Notes under the pieces: generated by a model
The model's database searches: none
Told to the model about the DNA's origin: nothing
Seen by the model: the letters and a program-made list of their open reading frames with translations, nothing else
Source: Octopus vulgaris
Lineage: Eukaryota
Length of the DNA: 64,000 nucleotides
Assembly (NCBI GenBank): GCA_951406725.2
Contig: OX597828.1
Span: forward strand, 23,126,001 to 23,190,000
Direction of reading: 5' to 3'
Made by a program: the position numbers and the translations under genes
Shown: positions 30,271 to 42,895 of the stretch, in pieces
Layout of the letters: the number at the start of each line of letters is the position of its first letter
Numbering within the stretch: the first letter of the stretch is position 1

Positions 30271-30752
30271 ACTACATGATTGAAGAAATTTTGGCAAAAT
30301 TAAAATGGCGGTATCTGTCAAATCTTTCAATATATTTCGCATTTTCTTTGAAATATGGATCATGTCTTTAAGAAAAAGAATTCCACTAGTGACAGCCTCG
30401 CTTCCATATTCAACCAAGTGCATAAATTATGTAAATGGAATCTTGATTACGCACACTAACGTTTGTTTAAGCTTGGCATACATATGACACTTAAACTTAA
30501 CAGCGTTTCCTTTTGTTAAATAGTTACCATAGTTGTTGTTGTTGTTGTTGCTGCTGGTGGTGTGTGTGGAAGGGCGGGTGTCAGTGGTGCTGGCGCTGGT
30601 GACAGCAACGGTTTTGTTGGTGTAAATGTTGTTCACACTTAAATTCAACTGGGGATCACAAACCGAAATTTGTCGTTGCACTACTGACAAAAAAAAAAGC
30701 ATCCCAGCGTTCTTTTCAGATATATAGATCTAAGACTAAGTGATAAAAGGCA

Positions 30753-30845
30753 CAACAGCAGCAGGGGCAGAAGCAACAGCAGCCGCAGCAGCAGCAATAG
30801 CAGCGGCAGCAGCAGCAGCAATAGTATTATTATTATTATTATTAT

Positions 30846-30883
<38 letters not shown>
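30753..30883. repeat. (GCA)n-(TTA)n-(GTA)n compound trinucleotide tract
   Basis: Seen directly. Confidence 0.9.
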
Positions 30884-31118
30884 TATTTTCTAACTGATAT
30901 TATTCTGGCATTGCTGTATTTTCATTCACCAAAACTGCATCTCGGGCTAACACTATACCATGTCTCATTCACTATTCTCTATGCTGGTATGTTGTGGTTT
31001 TCATCGAGATTTGCCTGCTACTTGAATTGTTTGCAATTTCCCTAAATATCTGAGTACCCACAAATCTATCGTAAACTTTCTGAACGAGATCGCATCCTAA
31101 ATAATTAAATGTTAATAT

Positions 31119-31552
31119 GGTGGCGTGAGCTGACAGAAATACTTAGCACGCCGGGCGAAATACTTAGCGGTATTTCGTCTGTCGTTACTTTTTGCGTTCA
31201 AATTCCGCCGAAGTCGACTTTGCCTTTTATCCTTTCGGGGTCGATAGATTAAGTACCAGTTACGCAATGGAGTCGATGTAATCGACTTAATCTCCTTGTC
31301 TGTCCTTCTTTGTCCCCTCTATGTTTAGCCCTTTGTGGGCAATAAAGAAATAAGAAACGTTAGCACGCCGGGTGAAATGCTTAGTTGTATTTCGTCTGTC
31401 TTTACGTTCTGATTTCAAATTACCCGGAGGTCGCCTTTGCCTTTGATCCTTTAGGGATCGATAAATTAAGTACCAGTTGCGTACTGGTGTCGATCTAATC
31501 GACTGGCCCCTGCCAAAATATTTCGGGCCTTGTGCCTAGAGTAGAAAAGAAT
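31119..31552 (+). mobile_element. SINE family B, dimeric
   Basis: Head gagctgacagaa..ttagcacgccgggcgaaat, B-box-like gttcaaattcc and core gtcgactttgcctt..atcctttcggggtcgata..ttaagtaccag. The unit is repeated from 31354 and ends ggccttgtgcctagagtagaaaagaat. Confidence 0.9.
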
Positions 31553-31879
31553 AGTGAAATGTTTAATTTTTTGTCAAGTTATGGGATGTACTTATGACTT
31601 TCAGCGGTTTTCCTTTTTCGTAAGATGGTCCCAATCGATGTTCATCTTGCACAGTTGCATATCATGATCTGCAGGGAAAGCAAAAATATGGGTAGGCAAA
31701 GACTCCCATACGGAGTGAATATTTGGCTGAATGCTTCTTAGAGGTGCCTGTTCATGTGATAAAAGCGATATGGGTAATTAAAGGAAGAGTGATTAGCTAA
31801 TAGGAAATGGCTGATTCAAAGTGGCTTGTGAGAAGCCACTCGGAGGAGCAGAAACCATTATAATATTGAAATATCCGTT

Positions 31880-32090
31880 AGGGCGTCGAGCTGGTAAAAT
31901 CTTTAGGACGCCGAGCAAAATGATTAGAATTTCGTCCGTCTTTATGCTCTGAATTCAAATTCCGCAGAGGCCGACTTTACCTTTAAACATTTCGGTGTCG
32001 ATAAAATAAGTACCAGTTGAACACTGATTACGATTACGTCGACCTAACTCACCCCAAGAAATTGTTGGCCTTCAACGAAATTTTAAATAA
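31880..32090 (+). mobile_element. SINE family B monomer
   Basis: gagctggtaaaatc..ttcaaattccgc..gtcgataaaataagtaccagttgaacactg. Confidence 0.8.
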
Positions 32091-33171
32091 ATATTGATAT
32101 CACTTGTCAAGTTTATCTCTACATATTTTACCCATTTTCATCTTCCAACTCACTTTTGTTCACATCAGATGTCTCAGATACAAAATGTCGTAACAAAATC
32201 TGTGCTGGCTATAATTTCTATAGAAAATCTGTAACACGTGATTTAATAGCACTGCTAACACAGTAGAACGAAATATTGACTTTAATATACTTTGTAGTAT
32301 GTTATGGCTGCATAACCAAATATGGTGTCCATTGATATATACGTTAGAGATAAGAGGCAACAAGTCTAAGAGAAAGAAACTGGAGAATGTGTTTGCCGGT
32401 ATCATCATAACTTGTGTAAATATACTGTTTTACGTCCTCTTTTACTGTATTTAAGTCATTGTGATATAACTATGGTGATGCAAGGAGTATCGATGTTACA
32501 ATAAAGAATTCGTGACGCCAGAACGGATTAAAATTAAATTGTCTGTAGAGTTAATCTGCTTCTTAAACTAAGAGCCAGTTCTTGCTGGAGTCATGTGTTT
32601 TTACGACAATTTGTCTCTCATCCGCTTAGATCTGTGCTTTCTCATCTCACTCCGTTTACTGAAATGTGACACGACAAAGGATTAAGGAAAATCTCAATAG
32701 CAAGTCAAGTAATCACGCTTAATGCTACGATATGAAATTGAAGATACCATATTTTCCTTTCATTTTTAATTGTTTAAAGTCGTTTTCATTGTAAACCATA
32801 CGCTCATCCATTCTCCTATTGAAAACTATTGTAATTAATATTGTAAAGATGACATGAATGTTTGAAAGAAAACGAGACTGTCTGTAAGCGAAACAAACTG
32901 AGAAACCTCCACGAAGTCAGTTAAACTACCAACAATAGCATTTAAATAAAGCTGAGAACAAACTTCTTATATGAAAATGTGAAGACCTCATTAGCTTCTA
33001 AGAAAATCAACAGCAGAAATGAAGTATAGTTAGCCATTATCTGTTAACCTGTTCCATTCATTAGACTGCGACCAGGGTAGGGCACCTACTTCAAAATTTC
33101 CAGTCGAATGATTCAAACCAAGGCCTTTTTTAAGTCCGGTACACACACACACATACACACACACATACACA

Positions 33172-33218
<47 letters not shown>

Positions 33219-33419
33219 GCACACACACACGCACACACATACACACACACACAAACACTCACTAGCAAATACATAAAACATCTATATGATTTAATTGTCA
33301 AACACATAACTTGAAGAGAGAATAAACTGGATATTTTGCTCATCAAACATCACATGTTCTCAATAGGGCCTTGAGCGATACTAGGGCTCTATATAAGGTT
33401 TTGAGGCTATAGCTTATCT

Positions 33420-33474
33420 ATGTATGTATGTATGTATGTCTGTATGTATGTATGTATGTATGTATGTATGTATG

Positions 33475-33503
<29 letters not shown>
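33420..33503. repeat. (ATGT)n microsatellite
   Basis: Seen directly. Confidence 0.95.
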
Positions 33504-33506
<3 letters not shown>

Positions 33507-33884
33507 AATTTACAGGAAAAAAAAGGGGGAATATAGGTGAAGAATCACCCATCTAAAATGGAAAAGTCTTCGATCTTTGAAGCTTACGGCCTTTGATAGG
33601 AAATATTGAGAAGGAAAGAAATAGAGAGACCAATGTCTGTATGCATGTAGGAAACCAAAAAGATATTACTACAAGCGCATCTATATTTTATTTACCGTCA
33701 TTTAATACCTGCAGTATGGATGTGTACCCCACACTCTCTATCTTTCTTCTCTTTCTCTCAAGTATTCTGTATGTGTGCAAAGACACTAACACACAAATGC
33801 ACACACGCACACACACACACATATATATATATATTAAGGAATTTCCCATTGAGAAATACTCATGGGTATAAAAGTTTTGCTAAA

Positions 33885-33953
33885 GTTCCAGGAATTGGAA
33901 CCACGATCTCGCGATGGTGAACGTTGTGCCCTAACCACTAAGCTATGCGCCCT
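33885..33953 (-). mobile_element. Isolated tRNA-like SINE head (family D-like)
   Basis: Reverse complement gggcgcatagcttagtggttaggg..cgtggttccaattcc has A and B boxes. Confidence 0.6.
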
Positions 33954-34055
33954 AAATATATATATATATATATATATGTGTGTGTATGTGTGTGTGTGTG
34001 TGTGTGTATGTGTGTGTATGTGTATATGTGTGTGTGTGTGCGTGTGTGTGTGTGT

Positions 34056-34530
34056 GGACAAAACAAAAAAATGGAAGAAGAACCTGACAGGTGAGAAGAC
34101 ATATGGACAGTTAGAAGATGCAAAAAGGACAGGACAAAACAAGAAAAAACAAGAACGAGCTTTCAATCTGCAGTCAAGTACCAGATTGTCTTAGCAGTTT
34201 CGGCCGGTTACCCTCGAGATTGCTGTAATCTGGCCGGTCCCAAGATAATCTATGCTAAGCGCATGAGATTCTTAGGAAGAAAGCAAGCGAATGTATAGGA
34301 AAGCAACGAGGAAAAAAACAGAGAAATGGTACACAATTATATATACAAACTACAGGACAGTAACAACAGGTGTTTTTCGACTAAGGACGAATTAAATTAA
34401 GCTGGCGGCTGTAGAAGTGAAGTCTTACGGCAGGAACGTAAGAGATGTCAGGCATGGGGAGGAATATAAGATAGGCTACACGGATGGTAGTCGAACCAAG
34501 AAAGAAAGGTCAGGCTTGGCCGAACACCGG
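34056..34530 (-). mobile_element. Interspersed repeat, probable Penelope-like terminal relic; homologous to 41895-42027
   Basis: Reverse complement of 34160-34205 (gccgaaactgctaagacaatctggtacttgactgcagattga) aligns with 41900-41942 (gccgaaattactacgatgatccggttcttgactgaagactga). Boundaries approximate. Confidence 0.45.
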
Positions 34531-34755
34531 TCATGTGGAAGGAGAGGAGAGAGGTAGGAAGTAGACAGATTGAAGAATTAGAAAAGGACTAGAAAGAGAA
34601 AACAAGAAAGGGACAGAGTGAGGTAAAAGAGAATGAAAAATGATGAGAATGAAGGGAAGGCCAAGAAATGTGAAAGTGGGTGAGAGCGCGAAAAAGAAAA
34701 GTGGAACGAACGCAGAGAGTGTGAAGGGGGCTAAAGGAAAGATTAAGAGCCGTAC

Positions 34756-34975
34756 CGATGCTCGTGTGTTGACGTCTCCGTAACTTAGCAGTTCATCGAC
34801 TACTGGCGATGCTCCAGCATTGCCGCAGTCAAATGACTGAAACAAATAAAAGAATAACACAAGCGAATAAAAGAGCATATACACATATATATATGTATAT
34901 ATACATATATATCTCTTTCTCTTTTCTCTTTTACTTGTTTCAGTCATTTGACTGCGGCCATGCTGGAGCACCGCC
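34756..34975. mobile_element. Two SINE family A tails in inverted orientation
   Basis: 34805-34853 (+) and 34927-34975 (-) match at 46/49. Confidence 0.85.
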
Positions 34976-35010
34976 TATATATGTACATATATATATATAT
35001 GTATGTATAC

Positions 35011-35097
<87 letters not shown>

Positions 35098-35390
35098 CAT
35101 ACATACATACATACATACATACATACATACATACATACATACATACAAACATACACATACACACGCACGTGTATATAAAAGGAGGGTTAGAAAGAGACAG
35201 AGAGAGAGATTTTTCAAATAGAAAGACATCCATCGTTCAGAAAATTATATTTATATAATATTTATTTAGTCAAGACATGTTTATCTTTACGTCATTACTT
35301 CTTATTGAATATTCTAGGAAGTTACCATGCGGTTGAATATTCATACAAAGATACAATATAACATATATAAACAAACACGCACATACATGC

Positions 35391-35430
<40 letters not shown>

Positions 35431-35735
35431 TTATGAGTATCATATCGTTTAGTAAACGATAATTTAAATTTGTCATTTATCTAAACATGTCATTTGGGGA
35501 TTGGTAGATGTGGAGAGGAAAATTAACATAATTTGAAAAGAAACCACAAAAAATATACGAAACTAGATATGGCGAATTTGTTGAAGTCTGTTTTGTCCTA
35601 TTCATAACGAACGTTCATCAAAAGTATACCTGTAAATGTAATTCATTCTTCGTAACTCTCTTTCTCTCTCCCTCCCTTCCTTTCACTTTTGCCTACTTTT
35701 CTCCTTACACACACATATTATATTTTATATATGTA

Positions 35736-35766
<31 letters not shown>

Positions 35767-35773
35767 GTATGTA

Positions 35774-35849
<76 letters not shown>

Positions 35850-37659
35850 TATATATGTATATATATATACACACATATATATATAGAGAGAGAGAGGCTG
35901 TAAGATACAGACGTGGATATATATATATGTGTATGTATGTATGTATGTATGTATACTTGTATATGTGCGTCTGTATGTGTGTGCGTGTGAGGATATATTT
36001 GTGAGTGTATGAGCGTGTGTCTGCCTTCGTGTACATGTACGCGTCTGTGTCATCGTATGTGTGTAAGTTTCTTTTTAAGAAGTGCGAAAATTTAAATGAT
36101 TCAACTGTTAATATATTTGAATATCGTTTTGATGTCCCTGAGACACTACATCGACAAGATATCAATATATCCTGCTATAAAAAGGAAGACGATATAGTTA
36201 TGGCTGTCTAAAGAACTAAAACGATAACTGCAGAGAACCAGAGAACTATAAATGTGTATGTCAGTGTGTGTAATTCGACAAAAGAGACATGAAGACGGAA
36301 AGGAAAAGTAGGAGGAGGAGAAGGAAAATTTAGGAATATATTGAGATAAAATAAACAGAAAGCAGTAAACCTTTTCCAAATGCGAAGAAGGCAATTTCTA
36401 AAACATTTATTCACATTCAGATATATTATTTATGAAAAACCCAATCAAATACCTCATCTAATGTCTGATAGATTTATTTTTAAAAAATCTAAATAATCTA
36501 TGAAGAAATAGCTTGCGGAGGGTTTACTAGTGTATCACACACACACTGAAAGCAGATAGTGAATGGAAGTGAAGAAGGATTATGTAAAGTGTTGAGGGAA
36601 TGAGATGGAGGTGGTGTCAGTAGAGAGAAGGACGGAATTGAGAAATGATATGAAAGCATAGTGTAGAATAAATCTCGGTATGTCAGAATGTAAAGAAAGA
36701 AGGGTAGAAGGGAAATAAATATATATCTCAACGTGGTACCCCATCATGGCTGCAGTCTAATGACTGAAAGAAGTAAACGATAAAAGATATATGGAAAGAA
36801 AGGAAGAAAGGAAGAAGGTAAAAGAAACTGGTAAGGAAGGTGGTCGAAAAAAAAGAGTGAAAGTTTGACTGTAGAAGCGAATAGTATTTCAAAATGAATG
36901 AAAATTTATAAAAGAAAATAAATGAAACTGCAAAACTGAAAGAAATAAAGAGATGAGTAAGCGAGCAAAAACGGAGAAAAAGACGTGAAATGCAAGAGAG
37001 AAAGAAAGAAAGAAAGTAAACGAACAAACAAATAAACAAACAAACAAATACACAAACATAGGAAGGAAAGAAGGAAGAAAGGAAAAAAAGTAAGAGCAAA
37101 AGAAAGAGAAACAAAGAAAGAATGCACGAAAAAGGAAAATTGAACTAGGAGACAGGTGTGGATTAACGAATGTGAAAGTGAAAGTACAGTAACGAAATTG
37201 TGTAAAAAATTGAATGAAGGCGCGGCGGGATTACGATCAGAGTGGATGTGAAAGAGGGCAAGAGTATAACTCATAGACAGCGTATTATGTTATTGAATGC
37301 AATAACGAGAACTTGATATCGCACAAGGCTACTGTAGCGCTTTATATTATTTTGTTTATCTTCATTAAAACTTCTCACGTGATGCTCTTCAATAATTCGC
37401 TTTTTTATGTAAATAATCAGATAACCGATAAAATTGGATTCATAATAATATTTGTCGATATTTTTACCAGTGCGTCGAACAACGAGATATCTGTTACGTA
37501 GGTGATGCTTCTTACATTCTGAATTCAAATTTTACACTAGTCAAATTTACGCTTCATACTTCGGGAATCTCTACAGCACCAGTGAAATACGTTTTGCCCT
37601 TAAGATAATTATTTTTGAAATTATTATTATTACTTTTCATGGACGATAATTATTTCTGA

Positions 37660-37879
37660 GGCAAAGAGCTGCCTGAGGAGTTAGCGCATCGGTATAAAAT
37701 GCTTGGCAGCAATGCTAGTGACTTCAAATTCCACTCTGGTGGACTCTGTCCCACATTACATTCCTTCGGGGTCGTGGAAATAAGTACCAGTTAAGCACTG
37801 GGGGTGACGCAATCGACCAGCCCCTCACACGAAATTCCACGCTTTGTACAAAAACTTGAAATTATTACTATCATTATTA

Positions 37880-37917
<38 letters not shown>

Positions 37918-38510
37918 ATTATTACTATTATGATTATCATAAAGGCGGTGAGTTGGCGAAATTGTTAGCATGCCGGGGAAAATGCTTAACAGCATTTAGT
38001 CCGTCGTTATGTTCTGAGTTAAAATCCCGCCGAGACTGCCTTTTATCTTTACGGGTCGACAGAATAAGAGCCAGTTGAACACTGGGTCAATGTAATGGAC
38101 TTACCCTTCCCCCGAAATTTCAGGCCTTGTGCCTATAATGGAAAAATATTGTTATTATCATCATTACAAGGGCAGCCAAATAGCTGAGTAGTTAGAGCGT
38201 CGAACAAAATTATTTTCACAATTTTACTGGGTCTTTACACCGTGAGTTCAATTTTCACAGAGGTCAAATTTACCAGTAATCCCTGTCAAGGATCGATAAT
38301 AGAAATGAATCACCAGTTATATTCTGGGGTTGGTTCAGCTATTTATACTTAACCACCGCAACAATACCTCATCGATTGGCAAAATTGATTGCGCTCGGAC
38401 GCAATTAATTGCAGTATTTTATAGCGAACGTTTACATTCTGTGTTCGAATCCCGCCGAGGTCGATAATGTTAAGTATTGACGTCGATGTAATCAAGTGTG
38501 ACCGCCCAGC
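37660..38510 (+). mobile_element. Cluster of four same-orientation SINE family B monomers/fragments
   Basis: Copies at ~37660-37860, 37943-38148, 38170-38340 and 38375-38510, separated by (ATT)n-like tails. Confidence 0.75.
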
Positions 38511-38724
38511 AAATTTATTACTTTTTCTGTCTATGCAAGAAATCAATTTTATGGATTAGCAGCAAATGAAAAAAAAACAAAATGAAAATTATTCGTTAAT
38601 ATTTTTTAACAATATTTCTGATCTGATTTTTTTACGTTAGCAGTCTTTCAAATACCACTTAGATATAATTATCGTTTCCTCCTTCTGTGTTTCGAGCCAT
38701 ATGAGTACCTGTTAAGACACAGTA

Positions 38725-38990
38725 TACTTTTGAACGCACGGTAGTATGATCACGATATCGAATCCTGTGTTAGCCGGTGCGTAGATTTCTCGAGCAGAAT
38801 ACTTTATTTCATATTGTTGTTGTCAATTGAACTCTAAATGTGTTCCGGTAACGTCTTGGATGTTGACTCTGCGATGGACCGCTCTCTTCTCGAGACGTAG
38901 GCAGTACAGTAATCTTAATCACTTATACGTCATGGAAAGCCGCTGGTTAAGCTCCGACATTATGAATCCGAATGCTCATGACAGATCTCA
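38725..38990 (+). mobile_element. Old, decayed tRNA-SINE (body ctgcgatggac...ggaaagccg..taagctccg)
   Basis: B-box-like tcgaatcc, then gagcagaatactttatttca (shared with family D), then a body recalling widely distributed animal SINE domains. Confidence 0.45.
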
Positions 38991-39216
38991 GAAACATCCC
39001 TCGATTTATTCAAATGTTATCCCCTCAAAAATGTATTAGACTGCCTCAGTGAGAAGTTTTGCAGTAATTTGAATTCCTGGTGTAAGAGCGTGAAAGTAAA
39101 TATTGCGAATAACTCGAAAATATTTCTACCGTTTTCATATTGATAAAGATTGTTCGTGTAAGCAAAATGCCTCAAAATTTGTAAGATGGACCAAGTCCAT
39201 ATTATCGTCGCCATTA

Positions 39217-39440
39217 AAGCGGTGAGCTAAGTATCGTTAGTAAGCCGTGCAGAGAAAAATGCTTAGCAGAATTTCTTCCGTCTTTATGCTCTGAGTTCAA
39301 AATCTGCCAAGGTCGATTTTGCCTTTCATCCTTTCAGGGTAGATAAAATAGCTACTGGGATCAACGTAATTGATTCCTTAGATTGATGTAATTGACCTAA
39401 CCCCTTCCATGAATTGGGCTGTGCCAAAGTTTGAAACCAA
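39217..39440 (+). mobile_element. SINE family B monomer
   Basis: gcggtgagct..ctgagttcaaaatctgccaaggtcgattttgcctttcatcctttcagggt..gtgccaaagtttgaaacc. Confidence 0.8.
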
Positions 39441-39823
39441 TATTATGGTGATCAATGTATATATACACATATGAGTGTGTGAGTGTCTGTGTTTTTGTGT
39501 GTGTTTTGTATGTGTATGTGTGTGTGTGGATATATGCATTTATTTACGTATATATTATAAACACACACACACACACACACAGGCACACAAGGATATATCA
39601 CAACTCTATGTCAGATGATACTCGACAAGGCTCATTCACAAATCCCTTGAATGGTGCAAGACAAAGAAGCCCATATACATCTTCAAAGCGAGTACGTGAG
39701 TTATCAAATCTCTCTACTTCATAACATTATGTTCCGACGGTATAGGAATATCATACGTATAGCTCAAATAAGTATCAATTTCTAATATTAAAAGAAAATC
39801 GTAACAACATAAGGAAAAGAGAT

Positions 39824-40030
39824 TGGCGGCGGATTGACAGAAATTTACCAATTCGAGCAAAATTCTTAGCAGCATCTCCGCCGGCTCTGTATGTCCTGAG
39901 ATGAAATGCAGCACTGGTCGAATTTACCTATCATAGTTTTAGAATCAGCAAAAATAAATGTCACAATAGTAGTGGCCTCGAAGCTATGGGTACCTAGCTA
40001 CGTGTAAAACTATAAACCTTGTACCAAAGC
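39824..40030 (+). mobile_element. Highly diverged SINE family B
   Basis: ggcggcggattgacagaaat..gagcaaaattcttagcagcat..ccttgtaccaaa. Confidence 0.5.
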
Positions 40031-41121
40031 TAGAGCTAATTATTACGAATGTAAAATGGTGAATTTCATTGTCTAAATTGTGTGTTTGATAATTATGTTA
40101 TGAACAACATTATGAGAAAAATGAATCCCTGTATGAGAACGTTCGCTTTTAAATACTAGATGGTATTTTGATTTTCGCTATTTCAATTCTGATATATTCG
40201 GCCACATTTTGTCATATTTAATATTACCCAGTATATAGTACAGAAGTGAACGTTATATCAATGGAATAAATACATTAAATTATTTGTTATTTATTTATTT
40301 ACATTTCTACATTTACGATTTTATTTCCAATCATAAGTGAGTCGTCTCTGCCTATCATCCATTCAGAGTCGATAAAAATAATTACCAAAAACTGGAATGG
40401 ACTTTATTGATTACACATAAGATAAGGGATGATGTAGGGTGTTAAATGTTCTAAACTTAGCAACACAGACCGACTCAAATCCATGCTTAGAATATAAATT
40501 ATATAATCAATTTATCCAGAAATATTTAAATTCCACGATTATGCTTTGTATATTTTTTTTATCGTTCTCACGTATTAGAGTTTTACCAATATATTTGTTC
40601 GTTAGTCTTTTTTTTAACAATTTCCTAAACTACGAAACAATAAAAAAAAACAAAAACAAAAAGTGTGAAAACTTATAAAACGCGGGTGAAATTGGTGTAG
40701 AACCTGAAATCGAAAAAAAATCGAAGACATCGTTCGAGGGAAAACACAGGTTACATACGAAATCGAGGGACGAAACAAATATAGATCACACTAGCAAATA
40801 TATTTTAAATAAATCACAAACAAATGACCACTTAATTATGTGTAGAAAACGGAGATTTTATAAATTAGCGGTTTGTGATACTTGCCTTTTTGTGATAATT
40901 ATTAGAGGCAATGCCAAAAGTATTAAGTGAGATTTGGATGAAGATGTTAATGTTAACCTTAAGAAATATGGGATTCGCAAGCCATTGGTCCAAAGCGAAT
41001 AAACCAATGACATATCTTACAAAATATGAAGAAACACTAAAATATTTATAGGAACAAGTAGAAACGTTCGTAGAGAAAACGAGCGGCGTCCAGGCATTTA
41101 TGTTGCCTTAAACCACCAATG

Positions 41122-41485
41122 TGGAGGCGCAATGGCTCAATGGTTAGGACAGCGGACTCGTGGTCGTAGGATCACAGTTTCGATTCCCGGACCGGGCGTG
41201 ATGAATGTTTATTGAGCGAAAACACCTAAAGTTTCACGAGGCTCCGGCAAGGGGTAGTGGTGAACCCTGCTGTACTCTTTCAACACAACTTTCTCTCACT
41301 CTTTCTTCCTGTTTCAAAGGGCCAGGCTTGTCACACTCTGTGTCACGTTGAATCTCTCCGAGCACTACGTTAAGGTTACACTTGTCTGTGGAAATGCTCA
41401 ACCATTTGCACGTTAATTTCGCGAGCAGGTTGTTCCGTTGATCAGATTAGCTGGAACGTTCGTCGTCCTATCCGACGGAGTGCCA
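41122..41485 (+). mobile_element. Chimeric SINE: family C head plus family D tail
   Basis: 41122-41308 aligns to 60761-60947. 41313-41485 aligns to 57422-57622 and 25000-25173. Confidence 0.85.
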
Positions 41486-41519
41486 CGTACAGCAGCAATC
41501 AGCTACCTTGCACGTTTAA

Positions 41520-41670
41520 TTTTGACAGGTCTTCTATTTATTCTCGATTCATTCTTCTTTCCCTCACATTCCTGTAGAGGAGCAAACGCTCGAAACGTTA
41601 AAGGCTTCTTCCATTGCCTGAGCGTAAATATAATACACCCTGTTTGTTGCATTTCATTTAGTTTTGTGTG
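41520..41670 (+). mobile_element. Repeat with degenerate minimal HHR-like module (Penelope-like terminal repeat relic)
   Basis: CTGTAGA-G-GAGC-aaac-GCTC-GAAA-CG-TT at 41572-41599. Downstream cctgagcgt..taataca matches 58840-58870. Confidence 0.5.
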
Positions 41671-41822
41671 TGTCTGTATGTATTTGTGTGTCTGTATATA
41701 TTTGTATGTCTGTGTATATCTGTGTATGTTTGTGTCTGTGTCGGTGTTTGTGTTTGTGTGTGTGAAAACATGTATGAATATATTAATATATGAGTATCTG
41801 CTTATATATGTATAGCGATATG

Positions 41823-41884
<62 letters not shown>

Positions 41885-41894
41885 TGTATATATA

Positions 41895-42025
41895 AATCAG
41901 CCGAAATTACTACGATGATCCGGTTCTTGACTGAAGACTGAGGGTTTCGAATGTCCTGTCCGTGTTTATTGTATCGTCTTCTAAGAGTTATACGTTCTTG
42001 TCCATGTTGTATTTTTCTACATACC

Positions 42026-42027
<2 letters not shown>
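41895..42027 (+). mobile_element. Truncated copy of the 34056-34530 repeat family
   Basis: Direct alignment as above. Embedded between (AT)n tracts. Confidence 0.45.
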
Positions 42028-42075
<48 letters not shown>

Positions 42076-42849
42076 CATACATACATACATATATACATAT
42101 ATGCATTCATACATTCATATATACATACATACATACATACATATATATACATACACGCATACATATATATATATATATATATACATATATGCATCCATCC
42201 ATCCATCCATACATACATTCATACATACATACATACATACATACATACATACATACATACACGCATACATATATATATATATATACATATATACATATAT
42301 GCATCCATACATACATACATATATACATACATAGGTATTCGCCTCACCCATAGGTATATGCATAAAACATTAGTTTCAATGAGTGAGATTACAGTTTGAT
42401 TGGCTCGCTAAAAATGAAGATTCAAAAGACATCTCTAAGCCTACTTATACTGTTGTTATTGTTATCGTTATTTTGGGCACGTTTGAAGGCAAAAAGTGAC
42501 TAAGTGGTTATATTATATATAAGTTGTTATAATAAATGTGCTTAGAATCTAGTCAGCAAAATACCTCGCAGCTGTATATTTTAAGATAGTATCAATCACA
42601 CACGCATATAAAGACACACACGCACGCATACACAAGCTAAGCAATTAGAAAGACCTGGGGCATACACAGACGAAAGTTTGAACACATGCATACAGATATA
42701 CATGGACTGTTACGCAAACACTTACGCATGCATACGCAAACACGGACGCACATTTTCTATATCAGTTCATATTTGAATTTCTTTTTTCTTATCCTTCTGT
42801 CTCCGTCATTCAGTCTCACCGTTTGAATTTAAGACTGAGTATTTTCGTC

Positions 42850-42895
<46 letters not shown>

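Noticed and set aside
30740-31045. ORF with polyAla-polyLeu-polyVal
   Set aside because: Product of adjacent trinucleotide tracts; no domain or splice support.
36520-37270. Hydrophobic minus-strand ORFs (36728-37114, 36906-37274)
   Set aside because: Reverse complement of purine-rich low-complexity DNA.
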